A DNA stretch of 64,000 nucleotides, from positions 12,237-76,236 of the forward strand of contig RHPI01002918.1 of NCBI GenBank assembly GCA_009103225.1. Reading direction: 5' to 3'. The notes under the pieces are model-generated. The model did no database searches. It saw only the letters and a list, made by a program, of their open reading frames with translations, and was not told where the DNA came from. How positions within the stretch are numbered: the stretch's first letter is position 1; the number at the start of each line of letters is the position of its first letter. Origin of the DNA: Chlorokybus atmophyticus (Eukaryota; Plantae; Mesostigma and Chlorokybus algae). Both the position numbers and the translations under genes were made by a program. This document shows positions 1 to 12,252 of this stretch, piece by piece.

Positions 1-3000
1 TGGAGCCATAAATAATCCATGAGACCCAACAAAGCGCTGAGAGTGACTCCTATATCAAATTCAACAGCACACAGCGTTGCTTGTGCGGTAACAAGGTACC
101 TTCAACGCCCATTTCGTCCGATAGTAGTACAGTATGCCTCTACTATCCAGCACAAAGAAGCGCCTTTTCCAATCACCTGCAGGTACCCAATCCACTCTAG
201 ATTACTACCAACTATGCATCTTGCACTTAGTCATCAAAGCCAATAAAGCGGCAAACTCACCAAGAATGCTGCTGCTGCGCTTGAACAGATACCCTTGCCG
301 CAAGATCACTGTCCTCTCCCCTATGCCAGTGATGTGGACCTGACCAGTTGATAATGTCAGTGAGCTGCATTCTGTATGCATGCCAGACTGGCTCTAATAC
401 AAGATCATGCATCACTTGCCACGCACCTGGCTTTCTGCGCCGGACTTCAACATGCCTGAAGTACCCACACCGATACCCATACCAGGCGCATATCCGTTGG
501 CGCCGTTCATAGCTGTTACCGATGGCTCCTGTCATGGAGTGCATTGTGAATGCAGCTTTTACGCAATGGGAGATGCCCTTTGATACAAGCTGCACTGACT
601 ACGGCTGCTCAATCAAGGAGCGTGTGAGACACAATGCTGGCTCTCACTTTGCGGTTAGTTAATGGCAGAAAGGGCCGATTGTCCATCTCCTTGCGATACT
701 GTGCCATGCGATCAGCCAGCACAACCTGCATGCAAACAGCACCCAATCATTAACACGCTGCCCTCAATGGCAACACGTACGCGACTTTGATATACACACT
801 TGAACCAGCTCACCTCCTCTTGGTTTGCTTGCTCCCGTGACTGCTGTGAGAACTTTAGCACTTGGTGAATGTACGGTTCTAGCGACATGAAGAGCTCATG
901 GCCCTGAACGCCAAAATCAATCGCATCAACCAACAAAGTTGGAAACTTATTGCCCTCATGAATATGTTCTCATCTCTCCGACTAAAGTACGACCTGTTGC
1001 AACTGGGACAAAGGCTCTGAGGCCCACATGCATGTTTATACTTTCACACACAATTCCGGCTAGCCACTCGTTGTCGTGTTACCTGCTTGAAAAACCGCAA
1101 GTGCGCGTCCATGGATGCACTAACAGCTTCAAGGAATTCAAACTTGCGGTGCGATTCAAGTCGAGCCATTGCAGCAATCTAGTGCAATGGCAACAGCACA
1201 TATGATTAGACGCATAGCCCATGAGCTCGCTCCTTTGCTGCTTCAGCGGCGAACATCAGTGTACTAGTACTGACCAGGTTGAATCTTGCTTGCTCATACA
1301 CAGTCCTTGACAGCTTGAGGTCCTGTAGGAGAGATGCAAATGTTTTTGACGCTGAGAAAACCATGCAGCATAAAGTTGTGTCGAATACAATGCAACAAAC
1401 ACAAAGGAGGGCGCTGGTAATGGGGTATGAACCACGACGGTCATACAAGAGTTCCAGCAGACAATGCTTGACCGAGCTGTCAGAGACGGTCACAAAAGCG
1501 AGTCCAACTGGCATGCTTAGGCACTGACTGCCAATCATTAACGCGATATTGATAGACAGCACACAGGCGTCACAGATCGTACCTCCTCATACTCCGCAAA
1601 GACCTCAGGCTTTGTGTCCTTCTTAAGATGAAGAAACTTCTCTCGGGCCTGCACAAACAGCAGGTGTACAAGCAACATGTTGATATGCACATACACCTGT
1701 TTAAACACACTATGGCATTTGTGACACACTGCACACTGGAAATGATGGAAACCTGTTGATAACGACTATCCTTACTGGTAGAGCATACCATCTAGCCAGG
1801 CGTTGAGGGCAAACTAGTAGCCCACAAGAAGCAAATAGCACAACTGCTAGATCAAAATCCCTAATACCGAGATGGGCTTGACAGCCCACATCATGCTCTT
1901 GTAGCAAGAACAGGTGATGCCTGCTTGTATACCTTGCTGAGGCGATCTGGAGGCGCAAGCCTGGCTGCTTTCTGACAGACAACATACCCGTTACAGTGGC
2001 CTGACCTCAACTACTTGGCTACCATGCCTGGCTTGCTGGTGGCCACATGGCATGCATGCCAACAGCATAGACAGGAATGGACAGGAAAGCGCGGTGTTAA
2101 GTACAGGGGCTTGCTTACCGCATCATAGTCGCTGCTTGCTTTGTCAAACTTCTTCCTCATCTCCTGCGCAGACAGTTTAGTTTTTGGATATGAGACCAAC
2201 AACGGACACTCCAACACTCACTGCAAAGGCTTGAAGGACAATATGGATGGCAGATGCAGCCATACCTTCAATAAGCCATTTCTTGCATCACAAGTGTACA
2301 GCAGCAAATGCAAACCTTGACTTGCTGTATCTCATTCGCTGTGAATGCAGCTATGCGATCCACCAGGAAGTGATCCATCTGACAAGCCAACAATGTCAAA
2401 CAAGGGCTCTGCAGTTTATCTGGCTCCTGCAAGAATTACCTGCGTCTTCAATACATCCAAATACAAGCTGGTGTCTTTCATAGCTGCTGTGAACTTGTGC
2501 ATCACAGGTCCTGCCATGAACATTGAGGTGGGCACTCTTGAAACTAATGCCAACCACTTGCAACAATGGTAGAGCGTACCGCCAACAGCAACTGACAGCG
2601 GGTCATCCATTGTCCCACAGAAAGCTTCCACCACTTTGCCAAAGGCGGCATGGCTGTCCGCTGTGAAGCTAACTGCATCTCGGTACTTCTTACAACCTCG
2701 CAGCAATTTGTTGCAACGATCTTTCAATGCGTCCACATTGTCTTCCACATTTGCCAACTGTAGGACCGACAACAGCGGTAAGTCGAGCCGTCAGCTAATT
2801 GGATACGTTGTCACAGCATGGACTCGCTCTCTACGCATGTAGTTGTTGAATATGACAACGTCAGAGTAGAAAGTGCTCTAGCGCGTACTATCTTACTGCC
2901 ATCCCACCCATCCCCGCCACAAACGCTGCCACTATGAACACTGTCGGATGGTCAAATCATGTTGGCGAGGTGATAGAAACATAGTACAATTAGGCATCTT

Positions 3001-3603
3001 GTTTTGTTAGCATTTGCCTAAGCTCTCACACAATCACCGTGTTGTGTGTATCCTAGAGTAAGGGGTATAAACAAGGGGTCTGCACTAGACAACAACAATA
3101 GCAGTCCACTGACAACAGCCTGTGTGACAACGTGAGTGCCACTCTCGTCGTGCTGTTGCAAAGATCAGGCAGCGGTGTCTGGTAAGACAGATACCTCAGA
3201 TTTCCTCATTGCAACTGTGTTGCAGTAACTAGGCACATCAACAATTGACCGTTGGTGGCCAAAACAACGGCTGTTAACCATGTTCTCGACATAAACAGCT
3301 TAAGTTAATCTGCGAGCTCTCATTTACAGTAAGTTGCTCCTAACTGAAGCGCTGCCATTCCGCACTATCCACACGGGCAGTGCGGGCCATCTTTGCCATG
3401 GTGCAGCAGAAATTCAAGAAAATACCACAAACCAGGGTACTAACTTGCTTGAATCTCCTTTTGCAAGTCCAGCACATGAGCAGATAACCGCCGCCAACCT
3501 AAGCAACAATCTCAAAGACACAAACAACCACGGCGATCACAAACGCAGGCACCTGCTGCCGCAGCATGGGCGTGTCGTCCAGCTTGGTGAACAGCAGCGC
3601 CAT
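1..3603 (-). CDS. AGD: BAR-PH-(ArfGAP) protein of the plant AGD1-4/ACAP type; multi-exon, 3' part runs off the window start
   Basis: Exon 1 (3603-3553) reads MALLFTKLDDTPMLRQQ and ends at a GT donor, matching the plant AGD start MHFxKLDDSPMFRQQ. Exon 2 (from 2757) reads LANVEDNVDALKDRCNKLLRGCKKYRDAV...DPLSVAVGG, followed by PVMHKF (BAR domain). Near 110-330 the PH domain reads ILRQGYLFKRSSSIL/GDWKRRFFVLDSRGILYYYR. The ArfGAP domain is expected outside the window. Confidence 0.9.
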
Positions 3604-5366
3604 GGCTGCGACGCCGTGGCCGTCAGATCCGGCGCAACCACCCCACCAGCGCTATCCAGCACCTTCGCTCCCTTGCTCCTCCCCTAGGCCCCGTCCTAAC
3701 CGTCGCCGCCTCCGCGGCGGCCGACGACGCCGCCACCCTCGCCGATGACACCGCCCAGCAGCAGCACCAGCGTCTGTAGCGTCCTGCAGCACTGTTGCTG
3801 CACCCTAATCTGGCTGCTCGATATCCGTCGTGCTGCCTCGGACATCGAACGCTGTCACTGTCACGGATGCCGATAAAGGGAAAACTGAGATGTACTCCTC
3901 GCAAGTGCGCGATATTGCACAGCAAGGTTTGAAAGTTCAAACGCCCCGGGCATTCGCGCCCAACTGTTCCTGCCAAAGGCGTGCACGTACACGGCAGCCT
4001 GCACTCCACAATGTTACAGGCTTTGATGGCGCAAACTTTGCACTGCATACGAGAACTCAGCGATTATTAACCTTAAGATTGTACTGCCTATACGTACGGT
4101 TGACAGTTCCGACAATACGAGAGCAATGTGTATTGTTTCAGATGCTTCATTGCTATTGTTGTTATGTTATGCTATTATTGCAACTGTTGCAATGATGTCA
4201 ATGTTTAAACAGTGGTGCTGCCACAAGCACAACAGATTGTAAGCAAACATTACTGCAATACATCCTTATTTATGTTGTTACGTTTGGTAGCATAAACTTA
4301 CATCAATAATATCTAACATAATTGCCATTGCCAATCAAATGATCAATGATAGGTCTTGGACATCGGCAATGTATAGGGCTTGTTGAATGCATGTATACGT
4401 GGTGCTGCATCACACATGCTGATATATATGCGCACTTGGTTGCTGCACATGCTACAGTCATATGCACACGCTCAAAGCATTCACCATTATCTTCATTTTT
4501 ACACCACCGCCAGGCTATGTGCTCTACCTACTCAGTCTAGCTACCCTCCACATGCACAGCCCCGAACAATGTATATGTAACAATTGATGTATGTTTATTA
4601 TTATCTCTTATGATACATCAATATCAAAGACATTAAGATATTGGTATCGTAATGATCATTGTGTAATTGCACAATCAACTGTTGACAGGCGGTATCAATA
4701 AAGCATGCATGGTTACAAAAGTCTCGACTTATGATAAGCTTTTCTGCCATGGTAGTAATGCGTCATATGACTAAACATATGTGCTGGGCCCACCACATCC
4801 GATGGTGATGTTATGATCCTCAATACTCATTACGCAATGGCTATTGAGACAAAAAGGCTTAAGTTTATTGTTGTGCAACAATTGAATCAAAAAAGACTTT
4901 AAGACTTGAATTATGTGCAAAACAAAGTACATAAATATCAATGTGTACTTTATGTTAATAGGTCCCTTGTGAAGTCAATGTTGTCACGTGACGGCCTAAT
5001 ATTGCGTGCAAGCCACAAAACACATACGACATACTAAAAAACCCTATCCTTATATGAACCCACTCTCCACCCTCCCCGACCATGCACGAGCTAAATGATC
5101 AAGGAATCATACGATATGAACGCACTGAAGGTCTCCGAAAACTGCGCACGGTTTATAGAATACTATTCAACACCGGACCATGTGACGCAACATGTTAATA
5201 TATTCAAAAAAACTCAGGCTTGACATACCATCTATGTGTACATATAAGGGGAAGCAAATAGCATTGTGAAAGGCAGGTCAACCAGCAGTCATCCAGCAAA
5301 CGACCCACCCCACTCGGAGTACATAATGATACAGGCTAGCTACGCGCGCTGAGAGGATACTTGTTG

Positions 5367-6648
5367 TCACCGTCTAGGCAGAGTTAAAACCACATCCACC
5401 TTCCTTCTGCCCCACTGCCTGGCCGCAGCATGCGTACGGTAGTAAATGTCAATGATGTCTGGACCCCTATCACAACACCCGGTGAGCTGAACAATGCTGA
5501 ACACATGCAACGTTACCAACCTTGCCATACAACCGCGCACGTGCAGCAGCTCTTACCTTATGGCACCACCCCTATCCTCCACCCTGCCCCAACCCCAGCC
5601 TGGCACGTGCATGCGTGTGCCAAAGGGGTAGTAAGTTGTGTCCGCCGCTATAGTACCCACCTGAAAGCAGTCGCCAAGTGATGTAACTAAGGCACAATTG
5701 CAAATGCTGGGCACATATGTGCAACTAACCACTGCATCCCCTTCCAACCACTTGTACCTCATAGCACAAAGCAACAAATTGTTAAGGAGGTTTGGACTGC
5801 ACTTACTGTTGGTTCTTGCAATCTGCGCACCAGCTGCCAAGGCCGGATAAGCAGCGCAACGCACTCCATCAGGCCGAGCGGTCTTCGTGGGCGAGTGAGA
5901 CTGGCAGTAAGACCGTCATAGCGACGGCCTGTAGTGGTGAACTTCTTTAACCCAAAGCCTGGGGGCTTACTACTGGCAGCTGTGTGCGACATAAGTTGGT
6001 AGGCAAAGCTTATGCACCACGCAACAACGAGGCTATATTGCCTGCTACATGGTAGAAGACAGGAAGAACGGAGGTTAATCACATACGAACCTCTCACCTG
6101 GCTGGCGTACTGCTAGGTGCGGGTGTATGGCGAAGTACACGGGCAAGCCGGGAAGGACAAGCGCCCACTCCCATGAACAGCACTGCAAACAAGGCCGGAC
6201 TGTCAAGCGTACACTCAAGCCGAGTAGCTGCGACGACTGAGCAGGCTGCGAGGTGGATTAGCAACTACAAAACTGCATGTCAGCAGATATGTAGTGACAG
6301 GGCTGCAGCGCTTGGTTTGTAGTGCCAACAGCTGACTATAAGACGCGCACACCACTTTGCAACATGTGCATGCAACGAAATCAGCGTACAGAAAGCGGCC
6401 TGGTTATTGATCACTTGGAGCACTTGGAGCAAAAGCCAACAGCTGGTTCAAGCGCAGCAGCTTCGGGGGGGCGGGGGGGTGTTCAAACTGCTGTTAGATT
6501 GACTTCCGCTGAGCGACGCGGTATAGGAGCTAGCAACATTGGTTTCAACAGTGATGACAGCAGCAGCAGCAGCAGCACCAGCTTACTTCACCTGCTGGCA
6601 GCTGCAGTACGCTGTGACCGTCAACCGCCGCCGCTGCTCAGCCGCCAT
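5367..6648 (-). CDS. 3D (Asp-Asp-Asp) domain protein, MltA-like peptidoglycan-related fold, ~170 aa, 5 exons
   Basis: Five exons joined at phase-compatible GT-AG sites give MAAEQRRRLTVTAYCSCQQ|CCSWEW...|...GRRYDGLTASLTRPR...RPWQLVRRLQEPT|VGTIAADTTYYPFGTRMHVPGWGWGRVEDRGGAIR|GPDIIDIYYRTHAAARQWGRRKVDVVLTLPRR*. It has the TAYCxCxxCC motif and the three 3D aspartates (AAD, EDRGGA, IDI). Confidence 0.85.
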
Positions 6649-6749
6649 AACAGCTTTCACTGAGAAAAGCACAAGCGAAGTGGCAAACGTCTGTTACAAA
6701 CTGGGTGGTACCAATCAAGCTTTGCACAAAACAGGCCCAAGCTTGGCCT

Positions 6750-6775
6750 GAGCTGGGCCTGGCCAGGCCCAGCTC
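6750..6775. repeat. Perfect 26-bp palindrome in a divergent promoter
   Basis: GAGCTGGGCCTGG|CCAGGCCCAGCTC is self-complementary. It is preceded by the near-palindrome AGGCCCAAGCTTGGCCT and contains TGGGCC/GGCCCA site-II-like motifs. Confidence 0.9.
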
Positions 6776-6941
6776 CAAGCTCTCGGCAGCCGAGCACTAA
6801 CGTGGCACTGTGCAGGCAAGTCTAAATACAGCGTCGGAATACGAGCTATAGTAGATACCTGCCGTCACTGCGTTGCACATCAGATACCGAGTGTATGTGC
6901 GGAAGCCATGTAGCATTAGCTTCAGTCATAACGCACGTAAT

Positions 6942-6949
6942 AAACCCTA
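6942..6949 (+). promoter_or_regulatory. Telo-box (AAACCCTA) upstream of the repeat-protein gene
   Basis: Exact AAACCCTA just before the GC-rich 5' region of the next gene. Telo-boxes together with site II motifs are an established plant promoter module. Function here is inferred. Confidence 0.5.
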
Positions 6950-7087
6950 GCTTGCGGACTAACCCATCACTAAGCTGCGGCGGCAGCGCAGGAGGTGGAG
7001 GAGGACGGGGACGAGGAGCTGCGGGTGCAGGTGCAGGAGAATTTGCTACGCAGGGATGTCGTGGGCGGCTGGCAGCGAAGCACGCAG

Positions 7088-10000
7088 ATGAATCCGCCCT
7101 ATCAGGAGGACCCTGGGGTTAGCGGATCGGAGCAGCCTGTTGAGGAGGACGAGGGCAGCCCTCATGCGGAGCACAACCACCATCAGGTAGCCGCCCTTGC
7201 TTGCAGCATACACAAGGTATACACAAACATTTGCAGCAGTTCCTCTGCTTATTGTAGGTTGGGTAGATCTGCTGCACCTGTTCTGCATACACAGTTGCTT
7301 TCGGCGACGATTGTTTGCCACCTGTGTTGGTGTGCACCCGAGTCTAACTGTGACGCAAGGTACTTTGATGACTGTGACTACTCATGTGTCAGTTGACACT
7401 CGCATGCGCTTAGCACGGCGACTATATGTGCAGCTTAACTTGTTGCTTTTCGATTGCAATGCGCTCCACTCTAGTATACGCAAGCACGATGTCAATCGAT
7501 TCGTGTGCATTGCAGGTGGTATACCAGGACGTTGTCTATCAGGATGAGGCGCACATGGAGTACCGAGAGCATCGGGACACAGATCAGGCATACGATAGGC
7601 ATCCCATGCATGAAGAACAAGCGTACAATGTAGCGGAAGGTCACTATGCCCCGGCAGAACAAGAGGTGACTTGTTGTGTGCTGTCACACCTGGTTTAGGG
7701 TTGATGCTGCACAATGCACGCACCAGTGTCTTGACATTAATGCATGCGACACGGATCAGGATCGCGAAAGATCAATAATCTCACTTACAATCCAGTTTAA
7801 GACATGGTATGCCATGTTGTCATTGTGTTTCAGTTGCAGCATAAGCTACGAGTCAAATACAGTGACGGCAGTGTCAGATTGCGTTGTTTGCGCGCATGCC
7901 TGGACTGTTGTGGTCAAGTGAGTTGTCATTTTGCAGGCGTACCATGAAGGTGAACCCCATGCACACCATGAGGGTTATGAGGACAGTCAGCATGTTCAGT
8001 ATGAGCAGGATGTGAACGGACAGATATATGGGGACGCACATGGCGACGTTTGTCACCAGGATGCTGATCAGGTATACCTGACATACCATATCATTCACAG
8101 TATTGCGTGATCCGGTTACAGCCTATGACAGAAAGCATATCGTACTTAGGTGTATGCTTCAGATGCTCATGGCCAACAAGAGTATGCACAAGAAGAAGGC
8201 ACTCACCCGCAGTATGCTCAAGAAGCCAACCCAGGCCAGTCTGGGTATGACCCACGCCAGTCTAGATACGAGCAAGAAGGTCCCAGCCATCCCCAATACA
8301 CCCAAGAGGACCACAGCCAGCGCCAGTACACGCAGGAGGACCCAAGCCAGCTCGGATACCCGCAAGCAGAGGACCCAAGCCAGCCCGAATACCCGCAAGC
8401 AGAGGACCCAAGCCAATCGCACTACGTGCAAGAAGACCCCAGTCAGCCACAATATGCACAGGAAGACCCGAGCCAGCAGGAGTACACGCACAACGACTCC
8501 ACCCAACAGGAGTATGCATCCGAAGAGATTCATCAGGAGTATGCGCATGAGGATGCAAATCAGTCGTATGCACCTGATACCGGGCAGAATTACGTAGATT
8601 ATGCAGAGGTATGTATGTGTTAGGATATGATCGCTGTGCTGTACGCTTGCGCCAGTCCTGCATGAAGCACAGTGTTTGCAAGCAACGTAATTTCATACAT
8701 GCGTGTGACGCCTTTGAGTTTTGCAGGTGGATCCCGATCACCAGCAGGGTCAACAGGAGCAATACCTGCCAGAGCAGCCCGTAACTGCACAAGTGGCATA
8801 TGAGTATGATCACCAGGTCAGTATGTAATGCAGTGCAAGAGTCTTGCTGGACAGCTTCACCACAACGTTTCTAGCGCAGTGCATTTTGCTTGAAACCGCA
8901 CACCAGTGATGTTGTTGTCATCACTTAATACTGATTTGTTGCAGGGCCAGGAGTTGGTGGACGCAGAACCCATCGCAGCAGAGCCAGACCATCCGCACCA
9001 GTTGCAGTGTTACTCTCCTGCATTGGAGGTGTGTGCAGTGTGGTGGGCATTCATGGTGTGTCCATCTCCAGCGCAGGCGCGTGAACAGATCTTTTGCAAT
9101 CCTTGTTCAGGAAGCGCAAGAATTGCCCGAGAGGCGGTTGATTCCAGGTCGCGTGTGGCGCGTGCCACCTTTGCCATCATCGCGGCAACCCGCAAGCACA
9201 GAGCCAGAGCAGGCGGGCATGGATGGCGCGCCAGCAGAGCCAGCGCAGGCTGGCCAGCTGACAGGCTGGGGCGGGCATCCCATACCTTATGCCACAGTTG
9301 TCACAGCACCTGTGAAGCAGGCCACTGCTATCTGGGGTGCAAGGCAGGTATGTGAATTTTGAGTGCAGTTTGTTCTTTCGACTACTCCTGGTTTGGCTCA
9401 GTGGTTGTGCGCATGGCGAGTGCAAACCATGTGTAAAGGTGCTGTTGCAAATGCAGGTGAGGTACATAAGACACACGGAACCGGAGCCTTTGAAAGGGAA
9501 ACGGGTGGAGAAAAGGCCGTTTGAGGCTGCACGGCAGTTTGTTTGGAGTTTGCAACTGCCCAGCAGATTGGACTATCAGGTGCAGCATTCAGGACGTGCG
9601 CACTTGCACTACATCTTGTGAAAACAAGTGCTGAAGGTGTCCTCAATCAGGACTGGGCGAACTCTAGCGAAAGGCCACCCGACATTCCCAAGAATCCGGA
9701 CACCGCATATGCCAACCGTGGTTGGGTATCGTGGCCTGACTGGCTTGGCACCGGCCTAGGTGTTCCCGCAAGAGTCCGCAAACGCACAGCTGATGAGTAT
9801 CGGTGAGTTGCCCAATCTGAGCTCTTGTACTTGTTGGACTGTTGGTTTGTTTGTAGTAGTGCAATCAGTCGTCATTGACTGGACTCATGCTGGGCCCAGA
9901 CCTTTTGAAGAGGCACGGCAGTTTGCATGGGCTATGGGTTTCGCAAGCAAAGACCAGTTTCGCCAGTGGTCCAAAAGTGGGGAACGGCCGCCTGATTTTC

Positions 10001-11171
10001 CCGGAAGACCTGACATGGTGTACGCTTCAGAGTGGCTATCTTGGGCTGACTTCTTAGGTCAGACACATGCTGTGTCTAGAGACAGACACTGTCTATTGTT
10101 GTGCCTATGCTACCGGTGACTTGAGCATTGCTTGGCTTGATTATTGTTATAACAATATGACATGTTTGCAGGGAAGCAGAAGGGCAAGATAAGAACAATA
10201 CCTAATAGAAAGAAGCCCAGGATAGAGTACCGACCTTTTGAACTTGGTCGCGAGTACGTGCGCTCGCTAGGTTTTAAGCAGCCCGAGCAATACACACATT
10301 GGGCTCGGTAATGTAAAAACACCTAATGCTTCAAACAACCCTCCTGCATGTAAAGCTCATAGTGCCTCATCGTGATTGCATGCTGACATGTGTTCTCGCT
10401 TCCAGTAGTTCACGACAGCGGCCGCGAGACATCCCCAGGTTTCCAGAGATCAGCTACGCATATTGCTGGACTTCCTGGCCAAACTTTCTTGGTATGCCAT
10501 GCGGACCAGCCTGTGTATTTTTCAGCAACCTTGCACTCGCAAGCACAAGTAGTGCTGATCTATGTGACATTGTGGTAAAGGCACGGAGAAGACACCGGTA
10601 CCACCAGCGCGCCGCTCCATACCCTTTGAAGAGGCGCGGGAGTATATATGGCAGCTGGGCTTCAAGGACAAAGATGAGTATCGGGCGTGGGCATCAACAA
10701 TCGATAGGCCGCGCGGCATACCCAAGAATCCGAACGAGGTATGTATGCATGCATTGCATGCATGTTGTGCTTGCATGATTGTTGTGGTGCTCACAAGCAT
10801 CCGTTGCGTACAGGTCTATGCGGATGAAGGCTGGTTGTCTTGGGAAGACTGGCTTGGTAGTGAGAAAGGAAGGCGTGCCAGAGTGAGAAGGAGACGAGGA
10901 ACAGACGTGCTTCCTTTTGAGCCCGCGCGCGAGTATGTCCGCACGCTTCACTTTCGAGGTGCGTGAATGATGTTATGACTTGCAGCTGCGATTGGCATCA
11001 GGTTGGAAGGTCAGACAATGGTGTTCTGCAGGTAAGGATGATTACAGGGAATGGAGCAAGCGAGGTGATCGTCCATTGAACGTGCCGTCCAGGCCAGACA
11101 TCATCTATAAGGACCAGGGATGGATTGATTGGCTGGATTTTCTGGGGAAACCTCAGCGGTATGTCAAGTAG
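7088..11171 (+). CDS. Multi-exon protein: acidic Q/E/Y/H-rich low-complexity N-terminal half plus five C-terminal ~55-aa W-rich repeats (integrase-repeat-like)
   Basis: Exons join in frame. The five units have the consensus RPFEEAR.(F/Y)V..LG......Y..W..S..RP.DIP..P...Y...GW.SW.DFLG (about 9515-11150), and the stop is TAG at 11169-11171. The start is the first in-frame ATG after a TAA at 6971 and is uncertain. Confidence 0.75.
8177..8560 (+). repeat. Coding tandem repeat, ~30-33 nt units (QEDPSQPQYA-like), about 10-12 copies
   Basis: Exon 8150-8608 translates as YAQEEGTHPQ YAQEANPGQS...YTQEDHSQRQ YTQEDPSQLG YPQAEDPSQPE YPQAEDPSQSH YVQEDPSQPQ YAQEDPSQQE. Confidence 0.85.
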
Positions 11172-12252
11172 GGAAGAGCACTTGTAACTGCAGTTGTCTT
11201 GTTTCGAAACTTAGAGGTAGTTTCGCACTTTTGCGTACCTTCACAGTAGGCACCGCCACATTTAGTTGATTGGCAAGACATTGCAGCTATTGTATAAACA
11301 GTATTACGCATAGGTTGCTGTAGTATATAGCGACAGCACTGCACATTGCACTGTCAATACAGTTGACAGCATGCTGCGCCATGTATGTGAATACGGTTGC
11401 AGTGCTGGGCTCGGTTTACTGGCAGTGGCTCTCATACACCGCAGGTTATGCCTATATGAGAATCTTGGTGTTTGCTTACTTGGGTTGTCGTATACATGAT
11501 CGGGTATACAGTATTGTATAGAGTACTGTTTGTGCAGCATTGCATTAACATGTGTGTCGTGCACAGCTGCCTCCCATGCATGATGTCTGCGCGCGGCATA
11601 TCACATGTTGCAGTCGTCAGTCTTATGCAAGCGTGTTGTGTATTCTTACTGTGTGTCACTCGCACACCCACACGCACTGCCACTACCATGCGCACATGCG
11701 CACGCGCTCACCATTTAGGTTCAACAACTGGCAGCCACCACAGTCGGCAACTGCTCATGCTGGACTGTGCCAGTGTTTGTCAGGTAAGAGAAGTGCAGGG
11801 CCATGTTCATGCACGCAAAGATGTGCTGGCTGTTGGTGTGGCTGGAATCACAACCAGCAACGACAACACTGTACAGTAGCAAGCCAAGTTCAACAGCGTT
11901 CCAACGACCGTATCTGCTCGCAGCAACCCACAACGACCACCAGTAAGTGACAACCAAACCACGCATCCAGCAGAGCTCGTCGGCAACACACAAGAGAGAG
12001 CAGTACAGTAGGCATGGACATTGGACTGTGGTTGTGGTTATCTGTTTCAGTATGTGAGTAGCACAATACATTATATGATTGAGGTTACAATACTGTTGTC
12101 ATGTATGGACACCGGTTGTCTTGATGTCTACTTCGGTAACACATCTCCTCGTATGCAAGGCCGATTGACCTTCAAACAACTCAGCCGCATATGTGACATG
12201 CCAGCATTCCTAGCCCAGAGTGCTTTCAAAGCGGTGTTATTGTTGCATGTCA

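Noticed and set aside
5039-5046. AAACCCTA at 5039
   Set aside because: It lies downstream of the 3D gene in AT-rich DNA with no nearby gene start, so it may be a chance match.
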